IMG/VR virus record: IMGVR_UViG_3300036790_000306
Location: 1-56,583 of that record
Direction: 5' to 3' (one strand)
From: a virus
Taxonomy: Duplodnaviria; Caudoviricetes
DNA length: 56,583 nucleotides
Shown here: piece by piece, positions 39,413 through 49,288 of the stretch
Layout: each line of letters begins with the position of its first letter
Position numbering within the stretch: position 1 is the stretch's first letter
Notes under the pieces: generated by a model
The model's database searches: none
Told to the model about the DNA's origin: nothing
What the model saw: the letters and a program-made list of their open reading frames with translations, nothing else
Position numbers and translations under genes: made by a program

Positions 39413-40288
39413 ATGGGCGGCTATAGCTCACTTACGGAACAACCGACAAACTTCACTGCGACGACACCGGCTGCTCCGGGCGGCGCGGTTAACGTGGTCC
39501 CGCAGGCGGATGCTCCTACGCCGCCTCCGACGAGCGTGGTGCGTAATTTCTCCGCTTACGTGCCGCCGATGACAAGCTCGAATCCGGGCGCGGTCCCGAC
39601 CCCGCCGAACGATCCAACCAAGTTTCTTGATGGAACTGGCCATTGGACGAAGCCGAGCGGCGGAGGCGGTTCGGGTAATCAAAATATTTCTTACTACCTA
39701 TCGCCCACGTCGATCATTCCGCCGGAGATCAGCTCTCCCGCGGGCCTCAATTGGGCATACCGGGTCAATGCCACTTACGCATTCAATGACAACGGGGCTC
39801 TGGTCATCACGACGTTCAGCTCCGGAGGAACGCCGGAGATCCTCGGCGAACTCACTCCAGTTGGGAATTACGACGCTATCGGATGCTTTGGCGCGAATCC
39901 ATCGCTCATCAGCGGCCAGACGACTATTTTCGGAATTGCGCTCTGGGATTCGGGCAGCGGCAAGGTGGTCTCGTTTGAGCTGAACATGTCGCAGGGCACG
40001 GTGCCGCAGCTCGTGCTCGCGCACCTGTCGAGCTTCACGACCTTCGTCACCAGCCCCTATGCCATCAACAACTACCTCGGTCTCGGGCAGCCGATCTGGC
40101 TGCGCATCAATTGCAGTTCCGGAAAGTACACCTTCTACGTAAGCGTCGACGGCCAGTCCTGGGACCAGGCGTACCAGGAAAGCACGACGGCTTACATGCC
40201 GGCGGCCGCCGATCACGTCGGAATCGAGTACTACAACAAGGCGTCGACGCCAGCGAATGTCGTGATCCCGCACCTCTTCGTGGGATAG
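39413..40288 (+). CDS. Putative receptor-binding protein (ConA/lectin-like C-terminus)
   Basis: KFLDGTG.W fibre motif; WLRI...G.YTFYVS.DG..W. Confidence 0.65.
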   Translation: MGGYSSLTEQPTNFTATTPAAPGGAVNVVPQADAPTPPPTSVVRNFSAYVPPMTSSNPGAVPTPPNDPTKFLDGTGHWTKPSGGGGSGNQNISYYLSPTSIIPPEISSPAGLNWAYRVNATYAFNDNGALVITTFSSGGTPEILGELTPVGNYDAIGCFGANPSLISGQTTIFGIALWDSGSGKVVSFELNMSQGTVPQLVLAHLSSFTTFVTSPYAINNYLGLGQPIWLRINCSSGKYTFYVSVDGQSWDQAYQESTTAYMPAAADHVGIEYYNKASTPANVVIPHLFVG

Positions 40289-40327
40289 CCGGCTCGAAAA
40301 CTTTCTTAAGCAACTACGGGGACACAC

Positions 40328-40789
40328 ATGATGCAGCCTGACCTATCGACGCCTTCCGCACGTCTCGCCCTCGTCACTCCGCACGCCATGAAATACGGGC
40401 TCGACCCAAAGATCGTCGCGGCGGTGTGCGAACAAGAGAGTAGCTGGAATCCATTCGCTATCCGTTTTGAGCCCGCTTTTGAGGCGCGCTACATCAAGCC
40501 CGCGATTCCGTCCGCGCCCACCACACGCGAGATGACTGAGGCTATGAGCTTCGGCCTGATGCAGATCATGGGCGAGGTTGCGATCGAGTTCGGATGGCGC
40601 GGGAATTTCCTGAGCGAACTCTGCGATCCGGACACAGGCGTCGAATTCGGCTGCAAGAAATTGCAGAAATGTTTTTTCATTCACGGCGGCGATGAAGACT
40701 GCTCGCTGCTCGCCTACAACGGCGGCAGAAATCCGAATTACGGACAGCAGGTTTTAGCAAGAGTCAAAAACTACGAGGTGACCACATGA
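40328..40789 (+). CDS. Endolysin, SLT lytic transglycosylase
   Basis: QESSWNP, SFGLMQIM, AYNGG. Confidence 0.92.
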   Translation: MMQPDLSTPSARLALVTPHAMKYGLDPKIVAAVCEQESSWNPFAIRFEPAFEARYIKPAIPSAPTTREMTEAMSFGLMQIMGEVAIEFGWRGNFLSELCDPDTGVEFGCKKLQKCFFIHGGDEDCSLLAYNGGRNPNYGQQVLARVKNYEVTT

Positions 40790-41082
40790 ACAAGCTGAGT
40801 GAGCTGAAAGCCGTTATCACATCGACCTGGCATTCCCTTTCCCCGGCGTGGCAGGCAACGGTTGTCGTCGCCGTAAGCGCGGCGGGGACATTCCTCGGAG
40901 ATCAGGCGGGCAGATATCTCCTCGATCCCTCAAGCGCGTGCTGGACGTGGCCCTGCTTGCGGCATTTGCTTGTTGCGGCGGTCGGCGCTGGAGTTGTGGC
41001 CGGGAAAGCCTTCTACATGCGCCCGGGCCCCGGTCCGAAGGCCGCGGCGCCTGCGCTGCCCGTGGCGGATCCAGCGAAGTGA
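40786..41082 (+). CDS. Putative holin
   Basis: Two hydrophobic segments; coupled to endolysin. Confidence 0.6.
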   Translation: MNKLSELKAVITSTWHSLSPAWQATVVVAVSAAGTFLGDQAGRYLLDPSSACWTWPCLRHLLVAAVGAGVVAGKAFYMRPGPGPKAAAPALPVADPAK

Positions 41083-41726
41083 AAAAGGCACTCGAGTTCG
41101 CATCCGTTTGCGCGCTGATCGCGATCGCCTTTTTCTTTATCGTTCTCTCGCTCGGAGTAACCTCCGTCTCGCGCGAGCTCGTCGGCACGCTGGCGGCAGT
41201 GCACAAAACCGCGGACGCCGGCACGGCCGCGGCCGCGGACCTGCACCCGGCGATCGTTGATCTTCGGCGCACAATCCTCGTCGCCGGCGGGACACTTAAC
41301 CTCGCGCGGCAGACGATGCGCAATGAGCAGACTACGATTCGCGAGGGGAACGCGCAGACGATCGCGACTATGAAGAACGTCGACGAGCTCGTCGCCGGCG
41401 TCGACAAAAGCCAGCGCGAAATCACTGAGCATGCCGATAAAGCGCTGGCCTCGATCGAGACAATCGAAACAACGATCGAGCCGGTCCTCGCTTCAGTTCC
41501 TCCCGTGTTGGCCCAGACGCGCGAGGATATCGCCGCGCTCGAACCTGTAATCGCGGCCGCCAAGCCGGTCCTCGATAACACCGCAGCGACGATGGCAAAT
41601 GCCGATCGCATCTCTGCGGATCTCGCGACGTTCACTGATAACGCGGTGAAGCCGAAGCCCTGGTACAAGCGCGCCGCCGGCTACGTCTGGGCGCCGGTGA
41701 AGCTGGCCGCAATTTTTGCAAAGTAA
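41079..41726 (+). CDS. Membrane-anchored coiled-coil protein (i-spanin-like)
   Basis: N-terminal TM, long coiled coil, KPWYKR tail. Confidence 0.55.
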   Translation: MKKALEFASVCALIAIAFFFIVLSLGVTSVSRELVGTLAAVHKTADAGTAAAADLHPAIVDLRRTILVAGGTLNLARQTMRNEQTTIREGNAQTIATMKNVDELVAGVDKSQREITEHADKALASIETIETTIEPVLASVPPVLAQTREDIAALEPVIAAAKPVLDNTAATMANADRISADLATFTDNAVKPKPWYKRAAGYVWAPVKLAAIFAK

Positions 41727-41749
41727 TTAAAACCTCGGAGGAATCACAA

Positions 41750-42202
41750 ATGAGCACAACCGCAGTTACACCCGCAGCAGTGAAAACCAAAACAACGTTC
41801 TGGCACAAAGTGGAAGCCGCCCTCAAGAAGATCTTCGGTTCTTCGACCTGGGAGCAAACCGCAATTTCGGTTCTCACTTATGCCGGCCCGATTCTCCAGA
41901 CGGTCGTCGCGCTCGCTGCCGGCGGACCGGCTGAAGCTCTTGTCGCCGCGGCCATCGCCACAGCCAAGAGCGATCTCGGCGTAGCGGCCGCGATCGTGAA
42001 TGGAGTGACCAGCACGCCGGCGCCGAACGAGGTCGCACTGTTCGTGAACTCGATGAACAGCATCAAGTCGAACCTCACCGGACTGCTCACCGCAGCTGAA
42101 GTGAAGAATTCCGGAAAGCAAGCAGAGATCACGTCGGCCGTTAATCTGATCGTCGACGAAATCGATGCTTGCGTGGCGCACGCGCCGGCAACGCAGAGCT
42201 AA
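41750..42202 (+). CDS. Ala-rich hypothetical protein
   Basis: GGAGG SD; end of late operon. Confidence 0.7.
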   Translation: MSTTAVTPAAVKTKTTFWHKVEAALKKIFGSSTWEQTAISVLTYAGPILQTVVALAAGGPAEALVAAAIATAKSDLGVAAAIVNGVTSTPAPNEVALFVNSMNSIKSNLTGLLTAAEVKNSGKQAEITSAVNLIVDEIDACVAHAPATQS

Positions 42203-42627
42203 CCCGCCTTCACTAGCTTCCCTTCCCCGCTGTCCCCCTGGATCGTCTGGGGGGCGGGGAGGGCCATCACCCGCTCAAGATCGTTCAACGCCTTCTGAAC
42301 TTTCGGCTCGCTCAAGGAAGGCACGGAGTATCCCATGTCTTTCCGCAGGGCAAGCCAACTGTGTAGGCCATAAGCGAAGTCATTGGCGATCATCTCTCGG
42401 ACTAATCCGTAGACGACAAAGTTGAGGGGTTGAGTCCTCTGTGGTGGTTCATCTCCCTTCGCCATTAGATCGCAGCATGTCACACAAATGGACACCGAGG
42501 CTGATGGTGAGCGTGCATTTTCATCGAGGCCGACTGCTCGCAGGCGTATGTCAGCAACAAAAGCCACATCTCTTGGTTCGACCATCTGGCAACACTTCAG
42601 GCAGGGAGCGGCTTGGCGGATCGGCAT
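42199..42627 (-). CDS. Hypothetical Cys-rich protein (antisense)
   Basis: CLKC...CVTC. Confidence 0.6.
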   Translation of the reverse strand: MPIRQAAPCLKCCQMVEPRDVAFVADIRLRAVGLDENARSPSASVSICVTCCDLMAKGDEPPQRTQPLNFVVYGLVREMIANDFAYGLHSWLALRKDMGYSVPSLSEPKVQKALNDLERVMALPAPQTIQGDSGEGKLVKAG

Positions 42628-42811
42628 AATTCGTTTTCTCCAGTGTTTATCATTGTGGAAACCATTTCCAAAATGCTTTCGGGAATGCGAAAGTAGTGTA
42701 CCTGACTGCTCTTGGTGGGAGAACCTCCATGGTAAACAAGATTACCTTCGATTCGAATTCACACCGGCGTCACGTCCGGTTTTTGAATGGGCGCGGATAA
42801 GATCGCCTCGA

Positions 42812-43048
42812 ATGATCGATTTCGCTCAAATCAAATTCACGCCGCGCGATCGCGAGATCCTCGACTGGCTCCTGCTCGGCATGTCGAACAAAGAGATCGC
42901 GGCGAAGCTCTCCATTTCTGACCGTACAGTTAAGCAACATCTGCGAACGATATTTCTCCGCGCGGGAATTAGCGAAGGGCGAAAAAGAGTACGACTAGCG
43001 ACCGCCGCTATTATCGCCCAGCGGTCCGAAACGCAGGTCAGCGCATGA
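42812..43048 (+). CDS. Stand-alone LuxR-type HTH regulator
   Basis: FTPRDREIL..L..GMSNKEIA..L.IS..TVK.H. Confidence 0.9.
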   Translation: MIDFAQIKFTPRDREILDWLLLGMSNKEIAAKLSISDRTVKQHLRTIFLRAGISEGRKRVRLATAAIIAQRSETQVSA

Positions 43049-43458
43049 GTACGGCGGCCGCTGCAAAGCCGATCCTCGTGGTCACGAAGGACGAGCTCCT
43101 CGAGCTCGCAGAATGGGAGCGCAAATACGCCGATGCGAAGAAGCGCACCAGCGCCGCGGAAAAGGAAGTCAACTTCCGCCGGCAGGCGCTCGCCGAAAAA
43201 GTTCTCGGCTTAAAATCCTCCGACGAGATGAAGAAGCTCTCGCCCCGACAGGTCGACAAACTGTTCACTGATCGACGCGCAGAAGGCGACTGGAAGCCAG
43301 AGCGAGGCGCGCCCATATTTTCCTTCGTAGAGACAAGCCACGGATCCTATCCGGCCTGGAAGCAGATCTACATCGGAGAATTTGGCGAGAGCGCCGCCGC
43401 CGGCATCGTCAACGACACTCCGGTCACGCATTCCTACGCAGTTGAAGTGACGACATGA
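43045..43458 (+). CDS. Hypothetical coiled-coil protein
   Basis: Coupled to LuxR gene. Confidence 0.7.
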   Translation: MSTAAAAKPILVVTKDELLELAEWERKYADAKKRTSAAEKEVNFRRQALAEKVLGLKSSDEMKKLSPRQVDKLFTDRRAEGDWKPERGAPIFSFVETSHGSYPAWKQIYIGEFGESAAAGIVNDTPVTHSYAVEVTT

Positions 43459-43727
43459 TCTTCAGCCACTCGGGGCCGACCGAGATACACAAAGCCGAAA
43501 GGGAACGAGGCGAAGCGCCCAGGTGGACGGTCCTCGCTTCCTTTCTAATTTTTCCCGCCGCAGTCCTCGCATCGTAACCTGGCGCGCCGACAGCGCACCG
43601 CGCACTGAAGTGCAATGCAAAGCGGGTCGGCTTCCCGGTTACTCCCCGCACGCGCGTTAGCTTTCCCGCCTTCCTGCAGATCGCGTACAGCTCTCGATTC
43701 TCACCGGCCTCACGGTTTCAGCGTCTC

Positions 43728-44057
43728 GATTTTCCGCACACCTCGCATTTTTCCGCACGGCTCTGATTTTTCCGCACGCAGCCCCTTGTTCCGGCTCCAT
43801 CGTCGCGCACAAAGGTGTGGCCCTTGGTTTGCTTTGCCGCCTCTCAGGCAAGTTGTTGGGGTTGTTCTTGGGGGTTGGGTGTCCAAAATAGGCGCGCGTT
43901 GTTGGCGCGCCGCCGAAGTGGTGTTGATGTTGCTTTTGACGGACCTGTGCGCCGCTGTGAATTTTTGGGGCTACAGGGTCTCTCTCCCTAAGATCAAGAG
44001 CTTAAAAGCTTTTTCGGTAGCTAAAATTGCAGGTCCAACTAGCTATTTATGCAGGTC
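43728..44057. other. Putative replication origin
   Basis: Three TTTTCCGCAC repeats ~19 bp apart, G/T-skewed tract, two TAGCTA-N4-TGCAGGTC repeats in AT-rich DNA. Confidence 0.4.
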
Positions 44058-44247
44058 TAGAGGGCTGCAATTATTGCCCTTCAAAAAGCGCTCGTCGCGC
44101 AGCTGGCGTGGCGAAAGTTAGGCGCAGGCACCAAGGATGCAACCCCCCACCGAGGGTGCGCTGGGCTTGTGGAAATCTCTACTGGCGGGATGGCGGCCCG
44201 AAAAAAACCTTGCTTTTTACATACGGCTAAGCATATAAGTCTCGGTC

Positions 44248-44421
44248 ATGGCGAAACCGGCGGCGGTCACACGAGAATCAATCCTGAAGGAACTCGGCAG
44301 GATTGGCGGAAAAGCTCGGGCCAAAAAGTTGAGCGGCGAACGGCGAAGCGAGGTCGCCCGGATCGCCGCTCGTGCACGCTGGGATAAACGCGGTCAACAA
44401 GAGAGGCAGGCAATAGCGTGA
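44248..44421 (+). CDS. Small basic DNA-binding-type protein (GG.ARA..L..E.R.E.AR.AA.ARW)
   Basis: 57 aa; TTGCTT-18-TATAAG promoter just upstream, near-leaderless. Confidence 0.75.
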   Translation: MAKPAAVTRESILKELGRIGGKARAKKLSGERRSEVARIAARARWDKRGQQERQAIA

Positions 44422-44607
44422 CCTGTCCGGAAATGAACACTTTTACCCGCATAAACACTGGCGCGTCCGATCACGCCATACAACAGGTATTATGTGAAAT
44501 CAGCCCGGAGCCTCCAAATCTCCGGCTTTCTGAACCCGTAACAACCCCCACAAATTCGCAGCCGTACCTGGTTCGGCTATTTATTTTCTCCGGTCCCGAG
44601 GAAGCAA

Positions 44608-44844
44608 ATGGCCAGCTCAAAGCACTTCTTGCGGCGCGTCGCGCACCGCGAAATCAAAACCTATGCGTTCGTCAGCGAAGTCCTCGAGTGTGGGCACCGG
44701 AAAGACGTGCAACCCGAAGCCGATCCGCTGACAGCGAAGCTCCGCCACTGCGAACAGTGCGCGAAGGCCGTGCTGGAGCCGCCCAAGAAGCAGCCGGCAT
44801 ACGCGCCGCGCATTCCAGCCTGGCGCAGAGACAATGCAGCCTAA
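44608..44844 (+). CDS. Small zinc-binding protein
   Basis: LECGH...RHCEQC. Confidence 0.65.
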   Translation: MASSKHFLRRVAHREIKTYAFVSEVLECGHRKDVQPEADPLTAKLRHCEQCAKAVLEPPKKQPAYAPRIPAWRRDNAA

Positions 44845-44925
44845 ATTTTAAGAAAGGGAGTTAGAAAAACAAACGGCGCGGAAGTCATCCGCGCCGCGCA
44901 CAACCGTCGCCCGACCGCCAAAGTC

Positions 44926-45780
44926 ATGGCAACATCAAGAGCAGACTACCCCAATTCGGAGCATTTCCCTAGCGCAAAAAGCGGCCACGTCTGGACCAAA
45001 AAGCAGATCCTCGATCTGATCCAGAGGGCTGATTTCAGCGAGCGGCGGCCTGCGAAAATCCGGGTCAAAGTGGAGGGCAAATGGACGGTCAAGGAAGGCC
45101 ATCGCTACTACGGCCGCTATCACATGAACCGGTTCCTGCTTTCCGTATGGAAAGCTTCGACGGCGCCGAATGGCAAGGAAATATTTTTCTTTGCGGGCGT
45201 GCCCAAGTACCGCCGCGAGGCCCACCTTTCCGACCGGCAGACGCGCTACAAGATCAAGGAAATCCGCGAGCGCTTCCGCGTCATCACAGACACCACGAAG
45301 CAGCGGGCCGATGGCCGCAGTCCTCGCACTTACGAATTCCATCCGCAAGTTCTGCAACGCCTCAGGCCGCACCGTTCTCCCAAAGCCGCGCCCCTGACGC
45401 CTCAAGCGGTTCCCGCCGCGCCGCCAGTTCAGCAACCACCGCGCCACGCGAAGAATCCTTTCGCAAAAACGCTGCGCTCTGGCGATGCCCGCAGGCTTAC
45501 CGAATGCATGGGGCGGTTGATGCTCGGCAGTCCAGATCTCGCGCCAATGTTACGCGACAAAGCGATGGCGGTCGCGACCGGACGATGCAGTCTGCGGATT
45601 CAGGATGTCGAGCAATACCTGCGGGATTGCCCGTGGGACTTCCAGGACTGGAAAATCGCGAAGGCCACTGAAGCCAAAAACGGCGTGAAGGGCCAGTGCG
45701 CGCGACACCCGGAATCCGGCCTCACGCAATGGGGAACGTGCTGGGGCTGCTACCAAGAGTCGTACAGCTCCGATCCGTGA
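44926..45780 (+). CDS. Putative replication initiator / HTH protein
   Basis: HTH-like LSDRQTRYKIKEI..., SPRTYE, Pro linker, C-terminal C..H...C..C. Confidence 0.45.
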   Translation: MATSRADYPNSEHFPSAKSGHVWTKKQILDLIQRADFSERRPAKIRVKVEGKWTVKEGHRYYGRYHMNRFLLSVWKASTAPNGKEIFFFAGVPKYRREAHLSDRQTRYKIKEIRERFRVITDTTKQRADGRSPRTYEFHPQVLQRLRPHRSPKAAPLTPQAVPAAPPVQQPPRHAKNPFAKTLRSGDARRLTECMGRLMLGSPDLAPMLRDKAMAVATGRCSLRIQDVEQYLRDCPWDFQDWKIAKATEAKNGVKGQCARHPESGLTQWGTCWGCYQESYSSDP

Positions 45781-45808
45781 GAACTCCCGGGCTTTAATAT
45801 TCGGCCCG

Positions 45809-45857
45809 TCTGGGGTGCAGATGGGGGATGTTGCTGCACCTCAGATTTTTCTTTTAA
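45809..45857 (+). terminator. Intrinsic terminator
   Basis: TCTGGGGTGCAG...CTGCACCTCAGA followed by T-run. Confidence 0.6.
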
Positions 45858-45883
45858 GTCGCAGTCAGTGAGGGGACACTCCA

Positions 45884-46003
45884 GTGCTGAAAACTCTTTT
45901 TCAATTCGTCGGAGTTTTTCTCGTCGTTGTCGGAGCCCTCTGCGTCCTGAGTTTCTGCCACGCGGCAGCGCAAGCGATCCAGCCGGAGGATGAACGTCAA
46001 TGA
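45884..46003 (+). CDS. Small membrane peptide
   Basis: VLKTLFQFVGVFLVVVGALCVLSFC...; GAGGGG SD. Confidence 0.5.
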   Translation: MLKTLFQFVGVFLVVVGALCVLSFCHAAAQAIQPEDERQ

Positions 46004-46155
46004 AAGCTTCTCGCGGTTTCACCGCAAAGCTCAGCATCGCCTGGCTGATCGTCCTCATGGTCCTCGCCTGGTACGGCCATCCGCTTACAGCCGGCTGCAT
46101 TGGCGGCCTCCCCTGGCTACTTCATCGCAAGTTCGAACGGAGGCGATCGCGGTGA
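46000..46155 (+). CDS. Small membrane peptide
   Basis: LSIAWLIVLMVLAWYG; ATGA/GTGA coupling. Confidence 0.55.
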   Translation: MKASRGFTAKLSIAWLIVLMVLAWYGHPLTAGCIGGLPWLLHRKFERRRSR

Positions 46156-48056
46156 GCAAACTTCCCTTCCCAGAGCGCGTACTGCATCAGCACGCCGCAA
46201 CGCTCGGCAAAACCGGCTCCGGAAAATCCTCAGCGCTGCGCGTGATCGTCGAGCATCTTCTCGACAAAGGGCGCCGCGTCTGCATCGTCGATCCGAAGGG
46301 CGACTGGTGGGGATTGAAGTCTTCGGCCGACGGCAAGAGCGCCGGCTATCCCGTCATCATGTTTGGCGACTTCAAGGAACCACGCGCGACCGACGTTCCG
46401 ATCAACGATCGCAGCGGCAAGCACGTTGCTGAATTGATCGCCACCGGAAACCGGCCGGCCGTTCTCGGTTTCCGCGGATGGATGCCGGCGCAGCTCGTGC
46501 GCTTCTGGCTGGATTTTGCGCCGGCTCTCTTCAACGCAAACGAAGGCGAGCTCTACGTCATCATCGACGAGGTTCACAACTTCGCGCCGAAGGGAAAGAT
46601 TTTCGATCCGGACGCCGGCAAGTGCCTGCACTGGACCAATCGCATCATGAGCGAGGGCCGCGGGCTTGGGCTCACGTTCTTCATCGCGTCGCAGCGGCCG
46701 CAGAAGGTCCACAATGACACGCTCGACAATTGCGAGACTCTGATCGCCATGCGCGTGGCTCACCCGGCCGCGCGTGAATCCCTCAAAGACTGGATGGACG
46801 GCAACGGCGACCCAGCCAAGGGCAAAGAAATTCTCGCCACACTCGCACAATTGAAACGCGGTGAAGCCTGGGTGTGGTCACCGGAGAACGAATTCGGTCC
46901 GTCGCGCGTGAAGTTCCCGATGTTCTCGACGTTCGATTCTTTTGCTCCGCCGCAACTGCAAAAGAAAGTCTCTCAAGCTGGCTGGTCGGAAATAGATCTG
47001 GACCAGGTCAAACAGAAACTCGCCTCAGTGATCGCAGAGGCGAAGGCCAACGACCCGAAGGAGTTGAAGGCTGAGATCCTCCGGCTGAAACAGGATCTCG
47101 CGAAAAAGCCCGTGCCGGTTGCGACACTCACGGCGAGCGATCGCAAGATCGCCGCGCAGGCCGCAAAGGCTTCTGTTGCCACGCTCACCGAGCAGCAGAA
47201 GATTATCGAGCAAATGCGAGCGGAAGTGGAGGACGCGATGAAGGTCATCGCCAAGATCACGGCATTTGGATTCGAGCAGACGAAAGTGAATCCGAAGCAG
47301 TTGGAACAAGCGGTCGAGAAAGCAGTTGAGGAGCTCGGACGCTCGATCGCCGCCGCATCCGACATTCGGCGTAAGGAATTCGATCAGCTCAAACGCGAGG
47401 CCCAGTCGCTTTTGAAGAGCCTGGAGCGCATCATCGACAAGAAGCTCGATATCCGCGTCGATGTTGTGCGCGCACAGCCGCCTTTTGTCCTAGGAGCTGT
47501 TCCGCCAGCTCCCCGCACGCCGCGAGTCGCAGAGCATCGGTCTCCGCCCGCTCCGGTCGCGGGCGGCGTATCCAGCAACGGCTCGCTTGACAAGGGTGAG
47601 AAGGCGCTCCTGCTCGCGGCCGCGCAATGCCATCCTGCCGATCGCGTACAGCTCTCGATTCTCACCGGCTACAAAAAGTCCACCCGTAATCGCTATATCC
47701 AGTTTTTGCAGGCGAAGGGTTACGTCGAGGACCGCAACGAGAAAATTCTTCCGACGTCCGAAGGAATGGCAGCTCTCGGTGCTGACTACTCCCCACTCCC
47801 GACAGGCGCCGAACTGCAACGCTATTGGCTCGACCGCTTACCAGAGGGGGAGAAAAAGATTCTGGCCTTCGTCCTTGGAGCCGGCGGCTCCGCAGTCGAT
47901 CGAGAGGCGATCAGCGAAGCGACGGGCTACATGAAGTCCACGCGGAATCGCTATATCCAGTTTTTGCAGGCCCGTCACCTGCTGAAAGAAGGCGGAGTGG
48001 GCGTAGTCGAGCCGGCCGCAATGCTTTTCGACGGAGCCGCGGAAAGGTCTGCCTGA
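46152..48056 (+). CDS. HerA/FtsK-like (DUF87) ATPase with coiled coil and tandem C-terminal winged helices
   Basis: GKTGSGKS, DPKGD, IIDEVH.FAP, EGRG.G, SQRP; duplicated TGY.KSTRNRYIQFLQA. Confidence 0.88.
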   Translation: MSKLPFPERVLHQHAATLGKTGSGKSSALRVIVEHLLDKGRRVCIVDPKGDWWGLKSSADGKSAGYPVIMFGDFKEPRATDVPINDRSGKHVAELIATGNRPAVLGFRGWMPAQLVRFWLDFAPALFNANEGELYVIIDEVHNFAPKGKIFDPDAGKCLHWTNRIMSEGRGLGLTFFIASQRPQKVHNDTLDNCETLIAMRVAHPAARESLKDWMDGNGDPAKGKEILATLAQLKRGEAWVWSPENEFGPSRVKFPMFSTFDSFAPPQLQKKVSQAGWSEIDLDQVKQKLASVIAEAKANDPKELKAEILRLKQDLAKKPVPVATLTASDRKIAAQAAKASVATLTEQQKIIEQMRAEVEDAMKVIAKITAFGFEQTKVNPKQLEQAVEKAVEELGRSIAAASDIRRKEFDQLKREAQSLLKSLERIIDKKLDIRVDVVRAQPPFVLGAVPPAPRTPRVAEHRSPPAPVAGGVSSNGSLDKGEKALLLAAAQCHPADRVQLSILTGYKKSTRNRYIQFLQAKGYVEDRNEKILPTSEGMAALGADYSPLPTGAELQRYWLDRLPEGEKKILAFVLGAGGSAVDREAISEATGYMKSTRNRYIQFLQARHLLKEGGVGVVEPAAMLFDGAAERSA

Positions 48057-48057
48057 T

Positions 48058-48285
48058 ATGTCCTCTACTCTCGTCTTCGCGCCTGCGCCTCACAAGCCGC
48101 CAACGCAGTTGAAGCTCGTCTCCGCGCAGCCTGTGAGGTTTGACGCGGCCTTCATCGAACGCCGGATGCGCGAGCACCACGAATGGCAGGATCGTCTCGC
48201 TGCCGAAGCCGCGTCGGAAATCATTGCCGAAGTCGCGCTCGGGCTTCAGTACGTCGAAGATGTTCGCGCGCGGAGACTTTCATGA
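48058..48285 (+). CDS. Hypothetical protein
   Basis: Operon context. Confidence 0.55.
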   Translation: MSSTLVFAPAPHKPPTQLKLVSAQPVRFDAAFIERRMREHHEWQDRLAAEAASEIIAEVALGLQYVEDVRARRLS

Positions 48286-48470
48286 CCTCCCCCATCCCCA
48301 CCCCGCTCGACACCCGTCTCTACCAGGAGATGCGCCACTGCATCCGCTGTGGAGGTCCACAACTGTTTATCCCGGTGGATGAGTACGAGTTCGGGCGTGC
48401 TGGATTCTGCTTTGGATGTGGGGAAGAAAAGATCGTGCCGTTCACGAGAGTGAATGGGGAGGCGGCGTGA
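48282..48470 (+). CDS. Small zinc-ribbon protein
   Basis: CIRCG...CFGCG. Confidence 0.6.
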   Translation: MTSPIPTPLDTRLYQEMRHCIRCGGPQLFIPVDEYEFGRAGFCFGCGEEKIVPFTRVNGEAA

Positions 48471-49288
48471 CTACCTGTCGCGTTTCGCCGGCGCCAGACG
48501 ACGTGATGAGCGGAGCCGTCGCTTTTGCCGGCCGAAGCGACACGTCTTTCACCGCGGATAGCGACACGTCGATTCCGCCAGGTTCGCGACGCGTTTCTGG
48601 ATCCGCAAGCGACCCGTCGCGAGGATCCGACGTCGACGCGCGACGCTGCTTTTGGTGCCGAGCCGTCCTTCCTGCAGAGAAACGACGCGATTCGAAATTT
48701 TGCGGGAAGTCCTGCCGGCAGGCCTCGTGGAGATTTCTTGTCGGTCGCGCCGATATCGAAGCGACGGATCGGCCGATGACTTTCGCCTATGCCGATCCGC
48801 CGTATCCGGGCAAGTCCCACTACTACGCCGAGCGCCGCGAAGTCGATCATGCGTCGCTCCTCGAGAGACTGACGCGAAACTATCCCGATGGCTGGGCTCT
48901 CTCTACGTCGTCGGAGGCCTTGCGCGACGTTCTGTCGCTTTGTCCTCGAGGAGTACGCATCTGCGCGTGGTTTAAAGGGCCGCGCCACACGAAGAGCCGC
49001 CGCGCCCTGGTTTCATGGGAGCCGGTAATTGTCGCAGGTGGCCGTCCGTTACGGGTAGATGTCGTTCAGGACCTAAGCGACGGATTGGTCGCGGTCGGCC
49101 GATTCAGAACGTTCCCCGGCGCGATGATCGGAATGAAGCCGCCGGCATTCGCAGAGTGGATGTTCCGGCAGCTCGGGGCGTCGCGTGTCGATCGACTCGA
49201 CGACTTATTTCCCGGCAGTGGCGCGATCGGTCGCGCTTGGGCCCGCTACACGGATAAAGAATTGGCGATCGCGGGAAGCGACGCCTAG
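48467..49288 (+). CDS. DNA amino (N6-adenine/N4-cytosine) methyltransferase with N-terminal zinc finger
   Basis: YADPPY, DLFPGSG; CFWC...FCGKSC. Confidence 0.85.
   Translation: MTTCRVSPAPDDVMSGAVAFAGRSDTSFTADSDTSIPPGSRRVSGSASDPSRGSDVDARRCFWCRAVLPAEKRRDSKFCGKSCRQASWRFLVGRADIEATDRPMTFAYADPPYPGKSHYYAERREVDHASLLERLTRNYPDGWALSTSSEALRDVLSLCPRGVRICAWFKGPRHTKSRRALVSWEPVIVAGGRPLRVDVVQDLSDGLVAVGRFRTFPGAMIGMKPPAFAEWMFRQLGASRVDRLDDLFPGSGAIGRAWARYTDKELAIAGSDA

Noticed and set aside
37133-40288. Diversity-generating retroelement acting on tail fibres
   Set aside because: No reverse transcriptase and no TR/VR pair differing at adenines was seen
43460-44200. CRISPR-like mini array
   Set aside because: Repeats are ~10 bp with ~9-bp gaps; no regular repeat-spacer units and no cas genes
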